A DNA stretch of 64,000 bases from assembly GCA_951406725.2 (NCBI GenBank), contig OX597830.1, positions 22,878,001-22,942,000 of the forward strand. The letters run 5' to 3'. This document shows, piece by piece, positions 42,363 to 55,962 of the stretch (the first letter of the stretch is position 1; each line of letters starts with the position of its first letter). Position numbers and translations under genes: made by a program. The DNA is from Octopus vulgaris. Taxonomy: Eukaryota. The notes below the pieces were generated by a model, which saw only the letters and a program-made list of their open reading frames with translations, was not told the origin of the DNA and searched no databases.

Positions 42363-43035
42363 ATGTCACTACTCATTTTATTTCAAAATTTTTTTGTCAA
42401 TAAAGAGCCGATTTCTAACCTAGATCCAAGGCCCCTTCATTGAAATTTCAACATCGACAGGGTGTATTTTGTATGTATATTTGAATGTAGGTTGGTATGT
42501 GTGTATGTATTTATGCAAGTATGCATGTATGTGTATGTGCGTATGCATGTATTTATGCATGTATCCATGCAAGTATGTATGTGAATGTATGTATGTGCGT
42601 GAGTATGTGTATGTGTGTATGCATGTACGTATGTCATTACTCATTTTATTTCAATTTTTTTTTGTCAATAAAGAGCCGGTTTCTAACCTAGATCCAAGGC
42701 CCCTTCATTGGAATTTCAACATCAACAGGGTATTTTGTATGTATGTGTATGTGCAGATTTGTATGTCTTCTCATGCATATACTTACATATCTAGACATGC
42801 TCATATATACTTAAATGATAAATTTCTGGAAAGTTTTACAGATTTTTGCAGTTCCAGTGATGGCTTGGATTTGTAATCTTCGAATCAACTTTCTCCCTTT
42901 TGATTTTGAGAAGCCTAATTTCTCGAGATTGGTATTTAGGCAGTGTGTTACATATCCCAGGGCCCCAATAATTACAGATGTAAACACGAACTTGTAATCT
43001 GGATAGAGTAACTGCAGATTTCTCAGTAGTTCAGC
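42363..43035 (-). mobile_element. R4/Dong-type (RLE) LINE 3' end in a (CATA)n microsatellite, with duplicated 3' UTR
   Basis: VIIGALG...LEKLG...LQIQAITGTAKICKTF resembles the RLE C-terminus; a ~110-bp 3' block is repeated at 42363-42475 and 42631-42740. Confidence 0.7.
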
Positions 43036-43309
43036 GTGCGTATGTATGTATGTATGTATGTATGTATGTATGTATGTATGTATGTATGTATGTATGTATG
43101 TATGTATGTATGTATGTATGTATGTATGTGTCTGTCCTCTCCTCTTTTCTCTCTTCGTATACTTGTTTGTCATTAGATTGACCATACTGGAGCACGACCT
43201 TGGAGGGTTTAGTGGAACAAAACGATCCTAGTACTTATTCTTTTTAAAGTGTGGGTCCTTATTTTATAGGTCCTTTTTTGCCGAACCGCTATGTTACTGG
43301 GACGTAACA

Positions 43310-44512
43310 TAGGATGTCGTCAGCCGCTCACAACTCTCTACCAGTCGGGCAATGGGATTGGTGGATGTTCCGCTTTAGAAATTTATTGAGGATTAGTGTC
43401 GGGGGAGTGCGACGACGTTCTTGGGAAGACTCTGGGCGCCGACGAGAACGAACTGGCTAGTCTGTTCTGGAAGACTTTCCGGTCGGAAACTATCATAGAT
43501 AATTTCTAGATGTCCTTGGCCTGGTAGTGCTACCGGGGGTCGCTACCGGTTCGAGATAAACTCTAGAGGCACGGATGTGCTGTCAGACGGACTTGTCCGA
43601 GGTGCGCACAGAGTGACGAAACCGTTTTGCGCGCCCTTGTTCAGTGTCCGGGTATTTCTGATCTGTGGGGTTATGTTGAACAGCTGCTGTCACGTGTGGG
43701 ACGGATCTGTCTGTCGGCCGAGTCTGTAGTGATAATTGCACCGCCGCCCTCCTTCAGTCGGACAGGGAAGGCAGTTTTCCTTTGCCTGGTGGCTGTGGCG
43801 AAAGAAGTTGTTTGGTGGACAAGGCTGAAGCTGGCAGAAACGTTAGCACGCCGGGCGAAATGCGTAGCCGTGTTTCGTCTGCCGTTACGTTCTGAGTTCA
43901 AATTCCGCCGAGGTCGACTTTGCCTTTCATCCTTTCGGGGTCGATAAATTAAGTACCAGTTACGCACTGGGGTCGATGTAATTGACTTAATCCGTTTGTC
44001 TGTCCTTGTTTGTCCTCTCTGTGTTTAGCCCCTTGTGGGTAGTAAAGAAATAGGACAAGGCTGAAAGACATGAGGACAGATACATTCCTCTTTGGTAGAG
44101 CTCTCATTGACTTTTACAAGTTTCACTTGAAAAGGAAACTGAGAATGGAGAGGGAACTACTGACCCTGTGTGAGTTTATCGTGGATGGCACCTCTCTGAG
44201 TGTAGACCTGTGAGTCGGAGGGGAGGAATTGGAGAGAATATTTGCTCCTTGGGTTTCAGGGAAATCTTGGACAGTGGGGTTCCTCGATTATCCCTAGAGG
44301 CGTTCCTGTATCAGGAGGGCCACATCTCTAGCACCCTTTCCACTTTTTTTTTACCTTTGTATGCTGTTCCTATGTCCCTTTTCCAGTGTATATCGTGTAT
44401 ACTTTAATTGTTTTTTACTATTTCATTATTATATGTAAACTCCCACACTTTGTCTGTCTCTGTATTGTGCCCCTCTTCCTTCGCCCTTGTGGCAAATAAA
44501 TGAAATCATTAT
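43310..44512 (+). mobile_element. Tx1/L1-type LINE ORF2 C-terminus (zf-RVT) and 3' UTR, interrupted by a SINE
   Basis: LPVRDKL..TCPRCAQSDETVLRALVQCP..LW..VAKEVVWWTRLK; 3' end CCCTTGTGGCAAATAAATGAAAT. Confidence 0.75.
43830..44052 (+). mobile_element. SINE family B with 13-bp TSD
   Basis: GGACAAGGCTGAA at 43817-43829 and 44053-44065. Confidence 0.9.
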
Positions 44513-45153
44513 TTAAGGCGGCGAGTTGACAGAATCGTTAGCACGCGGGACGAAATGCATAGAGGTATTTCGCCCGTCGCTATGTTCTGAGTTCAAATTC
44601 CACCGAGGTCGACTTTACCTTTCGTCCTGTCGGGGTCGATAAAATAAGTACCAGTTGAACACCGGGGTCGATGTAATTGACTTACCGCTCCCTCAAATTC
44701 CAGGCCTTGTCTCTATAGTAGAAAGGATTATCATTATAAACAAGAAATTCTGTCTGTCCGTTCGTCCGCGACCTCTGTACTTCAGTCTCCATTTGCTCTA
44801 CATAGACACATTATACCTTTTTGGAATCAAGACAATCCCAAGGTTGAAAATCTGCCCTTCATTTCTTTCTCAAACATCCAGTGTTGGGATCAAGTCTGGA
44901 TGAGGATTTGTTATACGCTAACAGTTGAAAATTAAAATTTTAAAAGAACTCCCAAAATTTGTGAACTTAAAGTCTTTCATTTAAACTGAATGTAAAGTAA
45001 TACTGTATTGGTGGGGTAATACTATATTAGTAGGGTACCAAATAAATGTTTTATTATTGTTGCTCTCTCTAGTTTTGAGCCGCAGGCCCGATTAACTCTA
45101 TGCAGCAGCTAGCCCAAAAGCCCGCGTGGAGTGCAGTTTTTAAACTAGTGTGT

Positions 45154-45207
<54 letters not shown>

Positions 45208-45694
45208 TATATACCACAACAGGGAAAGAGAATTACAAGAAAAAAGATAAGGAAAACTGTGCACATGGGCGTGCACAAGTGTAATTCCTTCAGCAGTTGT
45301 CTATTGGAAATCATAATTTCGGCACCTACAATAAAATTGTTTAATTCCAACTGTGCCAACCACATATTAGAGTTGCGATGGCATAGACGAGTGCTGTCGA
45401 AAAAGAAAATGAAAAATGCAAAACGAAACTAAAGATTGAGTATAAGACGTAGCGAATTGAGAACAATAAAAGGAAGAGAGGTTTTAAAAGGATAGAAAAG
45501 ACGAATAGATTAGGGAAATAAGTGGTCGTTTCACTTGTCGAGAGAGAGAGGGTAGGGGAAAAAGGGCTACAGTTAAGGGAAATAAAATGGAGAATGGTAC
45601 AGAGTGGAAGTGATGAATAACTACAAAATGAAAAGAATGACATATATATATATATATTTATATATGTGTGTGTGTAACTAGAAGCTTTGTTTAG

Positions 45695-45796
45695 CACAAC
45701 AATCGTTTCGGCTTCCTTCTGCATTGCTCCCTAGTGGGTATGAGACGATGTAATGACATGATATGCAACGCACAGTGAAGGAGGCCTCATCAGGTG
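45695..45796 (-). ncRNA. Type-I hammerhead motif with long stem II
   Basis: CAC-CUGAUGA-GGCcUCCUUC...GAAGGAaGCC-GAAA-CGAUUG-UU-GUG. Confidence 0.65.
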
Positions 45797-46501
45797 ACGT
45801 TACATACTTCCAAAATCATAAGATTTACATTTCGTTTTCGTTCCATGTTATATGTTGGTGGTGTGTTGCAAGTAGTTCACACATTGCTGAAGTGAGGAAA
45901 GCTGAGGTCAGGAAGTTGTTAATAAAAAAAGAGACATACAAATAATCTAATGTAAAATGAGGTGGAAGGCGGGTGTTTATACTTGTGGTCAGAAAGTGGA
46001 TGGTATGTGTGTATTCTTCATTCAGTCATACACACACACACACACACATTTTTTACTTGTTTGTCATTTGACTGCAGCCATGCTGGAGCACCGCCTTAAT
46101 GGGTTATAGTAGTCGAAGAAATCGACTCCAGGACTTGTTCTTTGTAAGCCTGGTACTTATTATATCGGTCTCTTTTGCTGAACTGCTAACTTACAGGAAC
46201 ATAAACATACCAGCATCAGTTGTAAAGCGATGGCGGGGAGACAAACACAGACAGACACACATAAATATATGCGTATATATATATATATATATGACTGGCA
46301 CTCCATCGCGTTTACGACGACGAGGGTTCCAGTTGAGCCTGCTCGTGAAATTAACGTGCAAAGTGGCTGAGCATTCTACAAACACGTGTACCCTTAACGT
46401 AGTTCTCGGGGAGATTCAGCGTGACACCGAGAGTGACAAAGCTGGCTTTTTGAAATACATTATGATCATGAGCCGAATTCCCTAACAGCCAGGCCACGCG
46501 C

Positions 46502-46562
<61 letters not shown>

Positions 46563-48816
46563 GTTTGTGCGTGTGTATACATCATTTATACGAAAGAAAA
46601 GTCTACTCAACACATGTTATAGTTTATATATTTCTATTAATAGTTTCACTAGGTTGAGTCATAAAAATGAAACTGATTGTCATTAGATGATAAATAAAAC
46701 TCGCAGTTATTGGCCAGCTTGAATCACGTGTGGGGGCTCGTTGTTTCAGCGATTGACACTAGCTGCTGGATATGAGGGAACTCTAATATGATAAATAGTA
46801 TTCTGGCTTTCAGCAGAAATTTCAGTGTAATTCAAATATCAGTAAAGTCCATGAAATAGTTTACATTTTATTGTGACTGAAAATTAGCTAACAGAGACTT
46901 CTATTGGCGGTAGAAATATGATAGTTCAGTCTTCTTGTTCAGGAAGTTAAAATATACAGTAGGCTGTCGCAGGATATGCAGTTTCCAGTGAAAACAAAAT
47001 TGCAAGCTCCGAACGAGTAAGGAGGAGGCATTAAGTTTTGTTCAGGTTTTGTTGGACAGAACCTCCAGATGAAACGTGACAGAGTGGTAGGGTTTTCCTG
47101 GACCCTGGAGGTGAAGATGTACATATGCTGACTGAACCCACGTTTGAAGGCATTGGTTGTAAGCTCTCTGTTGCTTCTCGGCATACAATCTGGTGAGATT
47201 AAGAAAAAGCAGAATACCCTCAATGGACAACTAGATTAATTGTTGTAGTTGCAGGTAGACACGCTGAGTAAAGCTTGCATGAGCGTACATTTTCTTTAAC
47301 AGTAGTGTGCGACTTTAGCAGCAATGTTATCTAGGTATGAATAACTCACTTTTAGCATATGCGCATAAATGGTAATAGCGTGTCACTGGTTTTATTTAAC
47401 GTAATTGTGGTTGTGGTGGATATTATATATCAATAATAGCGTTTGGAAATAGTTGTTTTAGCGATGGTGTAAGTGGCACAGTTGTTCTTGTTTAAGCCCA
47501 GGTCAAGCCTGATCAACGATGCAGTGCGTAGAAGAGCACATTAGCCAATGACTCCTGTTCTAATATGATAGGGTGTGGTTTGAGGAAATGTGGCTGCTAT
47601 TTCTAACGCCTTTAATAACCACGTAGAGGCACCTTCGATGTTGTTAGCGATACAGCTGTTAGAAATATTGGTGTAGTTGACACGATGGTGTTGTTATTGT
47701 TGTTGGTAGTGGTGGTGGCGATGGTGATAGTGTTAGTAGTGATAGTGACAGATAGTGGTGGTGGTGGTAAAGGAATGTCGATGGCGGAGCGGATGTTAAT
47801 GGAGTCAGTGATAAATGATAGCAACAGTAGTATGGTGCAGGGAAGGGGATGATGGTCATACTGATGGTGATGACGTGGGTATTGGTGGTTACAGTAGCGC
47901 TGAAAGCGGTGGAGTAATAGTCGTGGATGATGCTGATAATAATGACCATGATGATGATGATGACGGTGGTGATCAACGGTTCCTGCTCATCTTTCTTACC
48001 CCTTCCTCCTTCGTATCATCATTATTATTGCCGTCATCACCATCTTCAGAATGATAATCACACCAAGTTCATTCGTCCTCTCAACTGTATTTTTATTTTT
48101 ATTTTACACCCCTTTCTACAGCACCCCCACCGTCTTCCGCAACATTTGCATAAAACTGTTTATTCCGTGAATGACATATTTTATAAATTGGAATCGACCA
48201 AAGGTCACAATACACTTTTAGGCTTTGCCTGGGAAAATATTCATTTATAATTTTATTTTTTAAACATGGCGTCATTATTACACAAATTGTCGTCTGCTTC
48301 TACCGTTCTTTATATCCCTATTCCTCTCTCACGCACCCTCCCGATGAAATCTCTCCTTTTCTCTTTGTTTCCTCTCTCAGTCCTCGTTGTGTCTTTCTTT
48401 TTACTTTCTCTCACTTGCAACTGTATTTATTTTCCGTATACTCTCTCTCTCTCTCTCTCTCTTCCTCTATCACTTTCTCTCTTTCTCTCGTTCTACTTTG
48501 TTTCTTTCATATATTCTCACGTTCTCGTTCTTTTCCCTCTCTCCCTTTCTCCACCAATCTATCTTCCTCAGTTGGTTTTTATTACATATCTTCTTACATA
48601 TTTCTCTCGTTTTCTCCCATACCACTTTTAATCTGCTTGTAATTTTGAAAAGTTGGACTCGGGAGCTGAGAAGCCCAATAAAGTCGCTGTTCCATTGGAT
48701 GCAACTTTCACAGAAGTTCATCGCAAGTATTTGCCAAACGTCCAGATGGTCTGAGAAGGTGATGGACAATTGGCCCTAATAATTGATTACCCCCCATACA
48801 CACATACATGAACGTA

Positions 48817-48851
<35 letters not shown>

Positions 48852-49400
48852 CAGGTCACTTTTGAGTGCTATTGGTAACATGTAACCCAGTACAACCTGT
48901 TGCATGGTCGGATCGTCGGCGACTAAACCGGCAACCCCACCAAGCTTGCTTGGTGAGGAGGGTGTTTATTGGACACCCTGCAGGATGAAAAACAAAACCC
49001 GTCAAAGGGCGGAGGAACTCTTGAGAGTCAACGGCCATCCAATAAATGTCTTAAGGCTGTATCATGCGCGGGGACATAGAAATAATCGGACTGAATACCC
49101 GATCGCGCGGTTAAACCATTGGGAGTGAAAGACTCCTAGCCTTTCTTTGGGCCTCCTTCTAGGAGAAGATAACTCAGGTAACTGGGATAACTCCGACATA
49201 AAACCTGCGGCTCAATGGTTACCTTTGATGTTGACTTGTTCTTCTTTTCGGATTATGGCTGCTGTTGCTTAGCGAGCGGGATTGACTCTGCACAGCCTTT
49301 CCTCACTTTGAAAAAAATCTTCTTGCACAGGCATTTTACGATAACAACATTGATTGAGCTTCGTGCAATGGCCATACTCGATAACGTGGGGGCAGCCACC
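48852..49400. mobile_element. ~550-bp GC-richer insert in (TATG)n, probable non-autonomous retroposon
   Basis: Sharp compositional boundaries, (TATG)n on both sides, no convincing ORF; single copy in this window. Confidence 0.5.
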
Positions 49401-49876
49401 ATGTATGTATGTATGTATAAATTTGTCACAATATATGGATTCAAGTAATCAGGCTGTACTCATAAAAATACTCTTTGACATATTCTAGAAAACATATAGA
49501 ATATATAGTACAACACAAGAGAAGACCATTAGGAGTTCATAAGGTCATAAACGACAGTGAAATAGTTTGATGAAATTTTATTTAACAATAAGACAATTTA
49601 AATATCACAACAAATTGTTTCGTAACTTAAAAGCATGTAGATAATTTATATTATTATATCTAATAATAAATAAATTACATGTCTGCATTATTTTGAAAGA
49701 TTGCTTGCAGTTTGCATTAATACAGACATGTAAGTAATTTATTCATTATTAAATATAACGATATAAATGATTTAGATATTAAGTTACGAACAATTTGTTG
49801 TGATACTTGAATTTTCTTATTGTAAAATAAAATTTTATCAAACTATTTGTCATTTATGACTTTATACGTGTGTGTT

Positions 49877-49907
<31 letters not shown>

Positions 49908-50540
49908 TTCAGCTGAATTGGGTACTTAAGTTGAAGCATTTCGTTAGGGCAGAATAATACACACACACACAACAATATTATTTAAATACTAATCATGGTT
50001 CAGAAGTATTGGCAAAGTGATATTCTTGCAGTGCATGCAGACAATTGGACCCATCTGAGTATATAATCCACTCTTGAGCTATTCAAACATGTACATTTTA
50101 TGAACTATACAGTCCATAATATACATGAGGATTTGCAAAGGGCATGTTCCGAGATAGGTGAATAAAATATAAACAGGTAACAATTGAAGGACAGATGTCA
50201 ATTCATTACGGCTGTTTTTAATTAATTTTTTAATTGATTAATAAATAAATTATATCATTATGAAGAAACCGTTTTCTGCAGATGAATATGTGAACTTTAC
50301 AATCAAGGACATTCCAAATGATTTAACAGTTTAAATCCATGGAGCAAAACATTTTCAATGATTCTGCTACTATTTCAGTTGAAGGAATGGATTTACCAAA
50401 GTAATGTAGATATAATCAGATCAGAGAAATTTAGAGGTTAGTCGGGTCTTTATGTGGAGGAAGGAATAAACGACCTCCAGTGACCCAATGTATGTGGGTG
50501 TGTGTGTGTGTGCGTGCGTGTGTGTATGTGTGTACTTACA

Positions 50541-50604
<64 letters not shown>

Positions 50605-51322
50605 GAGGCGCAATGGCCTAGTGGTTAGGGCAGTGGACTCGCGGTCGCAGGATCGCGGTTTCGATTCCCAGACCGGGCGTTGTGAGTGTTTATTGAGCGA
50701 AAACACCTAAAAGCTCCACGAGGCTCTGGCAGGGGTGGTGATCCCTGCTGTACTCTTTCACCACTCTTTCTTCTGTTGGCCTGCTCGCTTACCCAGTGGG
50801 GTGGCGTCATTTGAAGGCTAAAACAATGCGAACGCATTGTGACCAGCGATGTGTAACAACATCTGATGGTCTGGTCGGTCCCTTGATATATATATATATA
50901 CACATACACACACACATGCATACACATACATATATATCGTTGCTATTATACAAAAGTGTCGTAAGCCCAAAACGTTGCTTTTTGTGGAAATGAAAAAAAT
51001 AGTTTCACCATTCCGTTTCTTTTTACTTTAACAGCAGTCTCAGCTTAACAATAATACTTTGTTGGGTGCATGAAATCATAACTCCATGCATATATGATAT
51101 TTTCAGTCAGAAATATTTTTGCAAAACTGTTGTATATGGGGCTTACTGCACTTTTGAAAAATGCTAAAACTTTGTACTACACTCTGACAATTTTCATGTG
51201 AAGCATCTGGGAAATACGATAGCTTGACCAAAAGAAGCGGCTATTGCAAGCAAAATTAAATATTGGAAAAAAAAACGCATTTGGCCAAATTTGGACATAC
51301 AATAGTTTAACAAAATTGCAAC

Positions 51323-51384
<62 letters not shown>

Positions 51385-51665
51385 TGTGTGCATGTAAGTA
51401 CACACACGCACATACACCCCCCACACACACACACACATATACATATAGGTACGTATGTGTGTTGTACGTATGGAAAGGCGAACTGGTAACCCGAACACAA
51501 TGCTTCGCAACATTTCATTTGTCTTTGCGTTCTGAGGTCGACTTTGCCTTTCGTCCTTTCGGGATCGATGAAATAATAAGTACCAGTTGAGCTGTGGGGT
51601 CGACTGAACGCCGAGCCAAGTGGTAGTGAAACAACCATCTTACCACACATACACGCCTGCACCTA

Positions 51666-51744
<79 letters not shown>

Positions 51745-52264
51745 AAACATAACTTCAGCAAGATATGATTCCTAAGTGTCGTCTACCCTAATCTGGACCT
51801 AATTTCATATCGTATCATTTTACACCGGTCAATTTGTTGTAACACGAGTCGATTGTTTAGCAGATAACGAGACTAACAGGCGCCATTTTAATAGTTCACG
51901 CGTTTGTTGTTGTTGACGGTGACGATATTGTTGTTGCAATTGATGCCGTTGATGTTGTAATTTTTGTTGTTGTACTAGTTGTTGTTCTAATATTAAAGAT
52001 GTGGCTAATATTGTATGTAGTAGGGTTGTGAGCTGTCAAAATCGTTAACACGTCGGACACAATACTTAGCGGCATTTCTCACGGCTTTTTACATTCTGAG
52101 TTCAAATTTTGCTGAGACTGACTTTACCTTCTGTTTTCTCAGGGTCCATAAAATAAGGTACCGGCTGAACACCGATAAGTCGAAGTAATCGACCAGCATC
52201 GGTTGTCAAGCGATGTTGGGGGACAAACACAGACACACAAACATATATATATATATATATATAT

Positions 52265-53770
52265 GTATGAAATTAAAGACAATATTTCAGAATTCTGCAG
52301 AAAACTACGACTCGCAGAAGCACTAACTGACTACGACAACGAAGATGAATCACTAGTCAAAAACAGAAGTAATTACCTCCCACATAAGGGTAGGAATAAA
52401 ACACTGGATGACTACTGCAACCATATCCAAAATTTCCCCTACACATCCATTAAACGAAAAATTAATCCTGACCTCAACAATCTAGAATGGAAAAATCTGA
52501 CTGAACTAAAAAACGACACAGATCTGACAATTAAAGAAGCTGGCAAAGGAAGTGCTGTAGTTTTGATGGACACAGAACACGATAAAAAACTAGTACTTTC
52601 CATATTAGAAAACGAAGCCTTCTACGAAAAAATTATAAACTATAAACAACAAAAAACCATGAAAAATCTTGTATCCTTAATTCTCCTACATGGAAAAGGC
52701 CTGACAGAAAAAGAAACAGACTACATCACGAACTTCAAATGTAAACCCAGTCTTTTTTATGGCCTCCCTAAAATACACAAGAGCAAGATAATCAATGAAG
52801 CCTGCAAACAATCACCAGGCAAATATATAAACATCCAAACGCCAGAAGACTTGACTTTAAGACCCATTGTAGCTGGGCCAGCCTGTGAAACTCACCGACT
52901 GAGCAATTTTCTAGACATCCTACTAAAGCCCTTGCTGAAATACATTAAAAGCTTCATTAGGGATGATTTAGACATGTTAGAACACATACCAAAAACGATT
53001 AATGAAGAAGCAGTATTGGTCACCCTCGATGTTATCAATCTTTACACCAACATCCCCCATGACTATGGAATAAAAGCAATTAAATTCTGGTTGGAAAAGT
53101 ACCCCGAAGTCCTCTCGGAACGCATAAACCAGATCTTTATTATTGAATCCTTAAAATTTATACTTCAGAAAAATTATTTCCTATTTGATGACACATACTA
53201 TCGTCAGAAATGCGGAATTGCGATGGGGACGAAAGCAACTCCTGTTCTTGCGAACCTAATAATGGGTTATTTTGAATTCACCTTATATGAAGTATCACTT
53301 CAGAAATATGGTTACCCATTTTACCTCTACATAAGAGAAAATTGGAAGCAATACTTGGATGATTGATTTATCATCTGGAAGGAGAACATCGACAAACTTT
53401 TGGATTTCAAAACAACAATAAATGACATAAATAGTAACATTCAATTCACAATGGAATATGATAAAGAACAACTTCCTTTTTTAGACATCATGATAAAAAA
53501 AGTCAACAATGAAATCATAACTGACATTAATTATAAACCAACTGACACAAAACAATATTTTCTTTTTAACTCATGCCACCCGAAACACATAAAAATAAAC
53601 ATTCCTTTTAACTTAGCAAAAAGGATCTGCACAATAGTGTCTGCTAGAACAACTCGGGACCTTCGTCTTCAAGACCTCAAAACAACACTTATTGAAAGAC
53701 AATATCCACCCTCTCTTATCGACGAGGGAATTAAACGTGCCAAACAATTAGACACCAAAACACTAAGAAC
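52265..53770 (+). pseudogene. Penelope-like element reverse transcriptase, truncated at both ends
   Basis: IKEAGKGSAVV (DKG motif), FYGLPKIHK, LRPIV, LDVINLYTNIPH, GIAMGT, YLDD, IQFTME..LPFLD, YKPTD..SCHPKH. ORFs 52203-53366 and 53400-53825 are in one frame separated by a single TGA. Confidence 0.9.
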
Positions 53771-54129
53771 ATTGAGTTTGAGCAAATCTTACGTAAATTC
53801 TGGGGGATATGTTTTTAGTAGATAACCCCTTGCTAAGAAATACATCCTAGCTGATTGGGGACGATAAAATAAGTACCAGTTGAGCACGGTGTCGGTGTTA
53901 ATCGATTTCGCTATTCCTCAAAATTGCTGGCATTGTACTAGAATTAGAAGGAATTATTATACCTAGCACAAAGATCGTCTTCCGTGCGGTCATTCTTCTG
54001 GTCGCAAAATGATATTCCCAATTTGTGTAACTTTACTGGGATGTTATGCCTAATTTTCCCTTGTATCTTTTATTCGTCTAATAATACTAACTCGTAAGCT
54101 AAATGTTTCTTTCAATATTTTATCGTAGT

Positions 54130-54545
54130 AAGGCGACGAGCTGGCAGAAACGTTAGCACGCCGGGCGAAATGCTTTAGCGGTATTTCATCTGTCTTTACG
54201 TTCTGTGTTCAAATTCCGCCGAAGTCGACTTTGCCTTTCATCTTTTCGGGATCGATAAATTAAGTACCAGTTACGTACTGGGGTATGTCTAATTGACTGG
54301 CCTCACTCCCCCAAAATTTCGAGCCTTGTGCCTAGAGTAGCAAAGAATATTTTATCGCAGTCTAAATCGGTGAGCTGGCAGAAATGTTAGCACGTCGGGC
54401 GAAATGTTTTGCGGCATTTCTCCTGTTTTTTTCGTTCTGAGTTTACATGTTACTGAAGTCGACTTTGCCTTTCACCCTTTCGGGGTCGATATAATTAGTA
54501 CCAGTCAAATACTTAAAAATTGCTGGCCTTGTGCAAAAATTTAAA
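54130..54545 (+). mobile_element. Two adjacent family B SINEs
   Basis: Heads GGCGACGAGCTGGCAGAA / GGTGAGCTGGCAGAA and the conserved core. Confidence 0.8.
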
Positions 54546-55347
54546 ACATTCTTTTATCTTTCGCCTCTGATGTTTTTTCGAATTATGCCGGTATATCTGG
54601 AAAATTCATTTTGTTAAAAAATATTCATTTAAGAAATTCCAAAAGGTAAAATGGGTGGAATAGTTCTCAAAAGTAATATTTTCCAACACAATTGTAACTA
54701 ACATTATCGAACTGTACAAGAAAACAAAGCCGAGACGCCTGAAATAACCGCACACCACCCTCCAATTTCACATTAAATTGGTTCTACATTATTTAAACGG
54801 AATTTATAGGAAATTTGATTTTAAAATATCCATTTTTTTTTCTGAAAGTTATGTGGAAACAGTCATGGAGGTGGGTAGGTATTTGTAATTATGTCCAACT
54901 GGCGTTATTAAACTTAAAGCAGTTTCTTATTCAGCTTTCAATTTCTTCAACAAAACCCAATATGAAAGGATAATGGAATCAACTCAATTTGGCTGACGCT
55001 GGATTAAAGATATAACTAGGATATTGATATATCGGTAGAGTGTAGCGTCGCAAATATTTGGCAACCTTTATACTTCCAGAAGAAGTATAAACAGAGACTT
55101 TAAAAATACTATCTTGTAGTGTTAAATAACTTTGTCGCTTTGAATAAAAATTAGTCTTATAATTGAACCACGAAGTTAAAATTTTCAATAATAAAAGAAT
55201 TTGACACTCCTGTTTTGATAAAGCAATATATCAAAATTGGAATTTATAGGGATTTTCTAGAGAGTATAGACTTCAATAATTGCTTTTATTTTTACTAAAA
55301 GTTACATATTCCAAATTAATTAATAAACAGCTTTCTTTATTATAGTA

Positions 55348-55902
55348 TACGAGCTGACCCCGTGCCGTCAGAAAATGACGACTAATTGTATTTTGTATAT
55401 TGTATCACAGATACAAAAAATTCACATACTTCCCTTGTACACGCAGACACATATATATTCACACAGAGTTGAAATGCTGTTTGATTTTTTTCCAGTGCTG
55501 AATGTTCCCCATCCCACTTCCATTGCACGCGTGCACACACATTCACATTCACATGACTCCCTTTTATAGACACATATACTCTGAAGAGTTAAAACGCTGA
55601 TTGATTTTTTCACCGTAGAACTTCCATCATTCCCACTACCAAGTTTGCCATCATCTCTTCCTTCCTTTTTCCTCTATCACCCCTTCCTTTCTCATTCATA
55701 TGTTGTGACGGAGAAATACACACGAATATTATTATAGTAGAAGATATGGATGGTAAATCAAATTAATACACTTGTCAATGTTCACATACATTCACATGCT
55801 TCCCTTCTGCATTTACACACATATACTCTGTTGAAATGCTGTTTGATTTTTCTCTTCAGCGTTAAACGTTCACCATCCCATTTCCATTGCGCGCGCGCGC
55901 AC

Positions 55903-55962
<60 letters not shown>

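Noticed and set aside
48640-48780. Possible Tc1/mariner transposase C-terminal remnant (similar hint at 4100-4480)
   Set aside because: Too degenerate to call without a profile search.
50601-50680. tRNA-like sequences at SINE heads
   Set aside because: No complete cloverleaf and always fused to a SINE body, so not tRNA genes.
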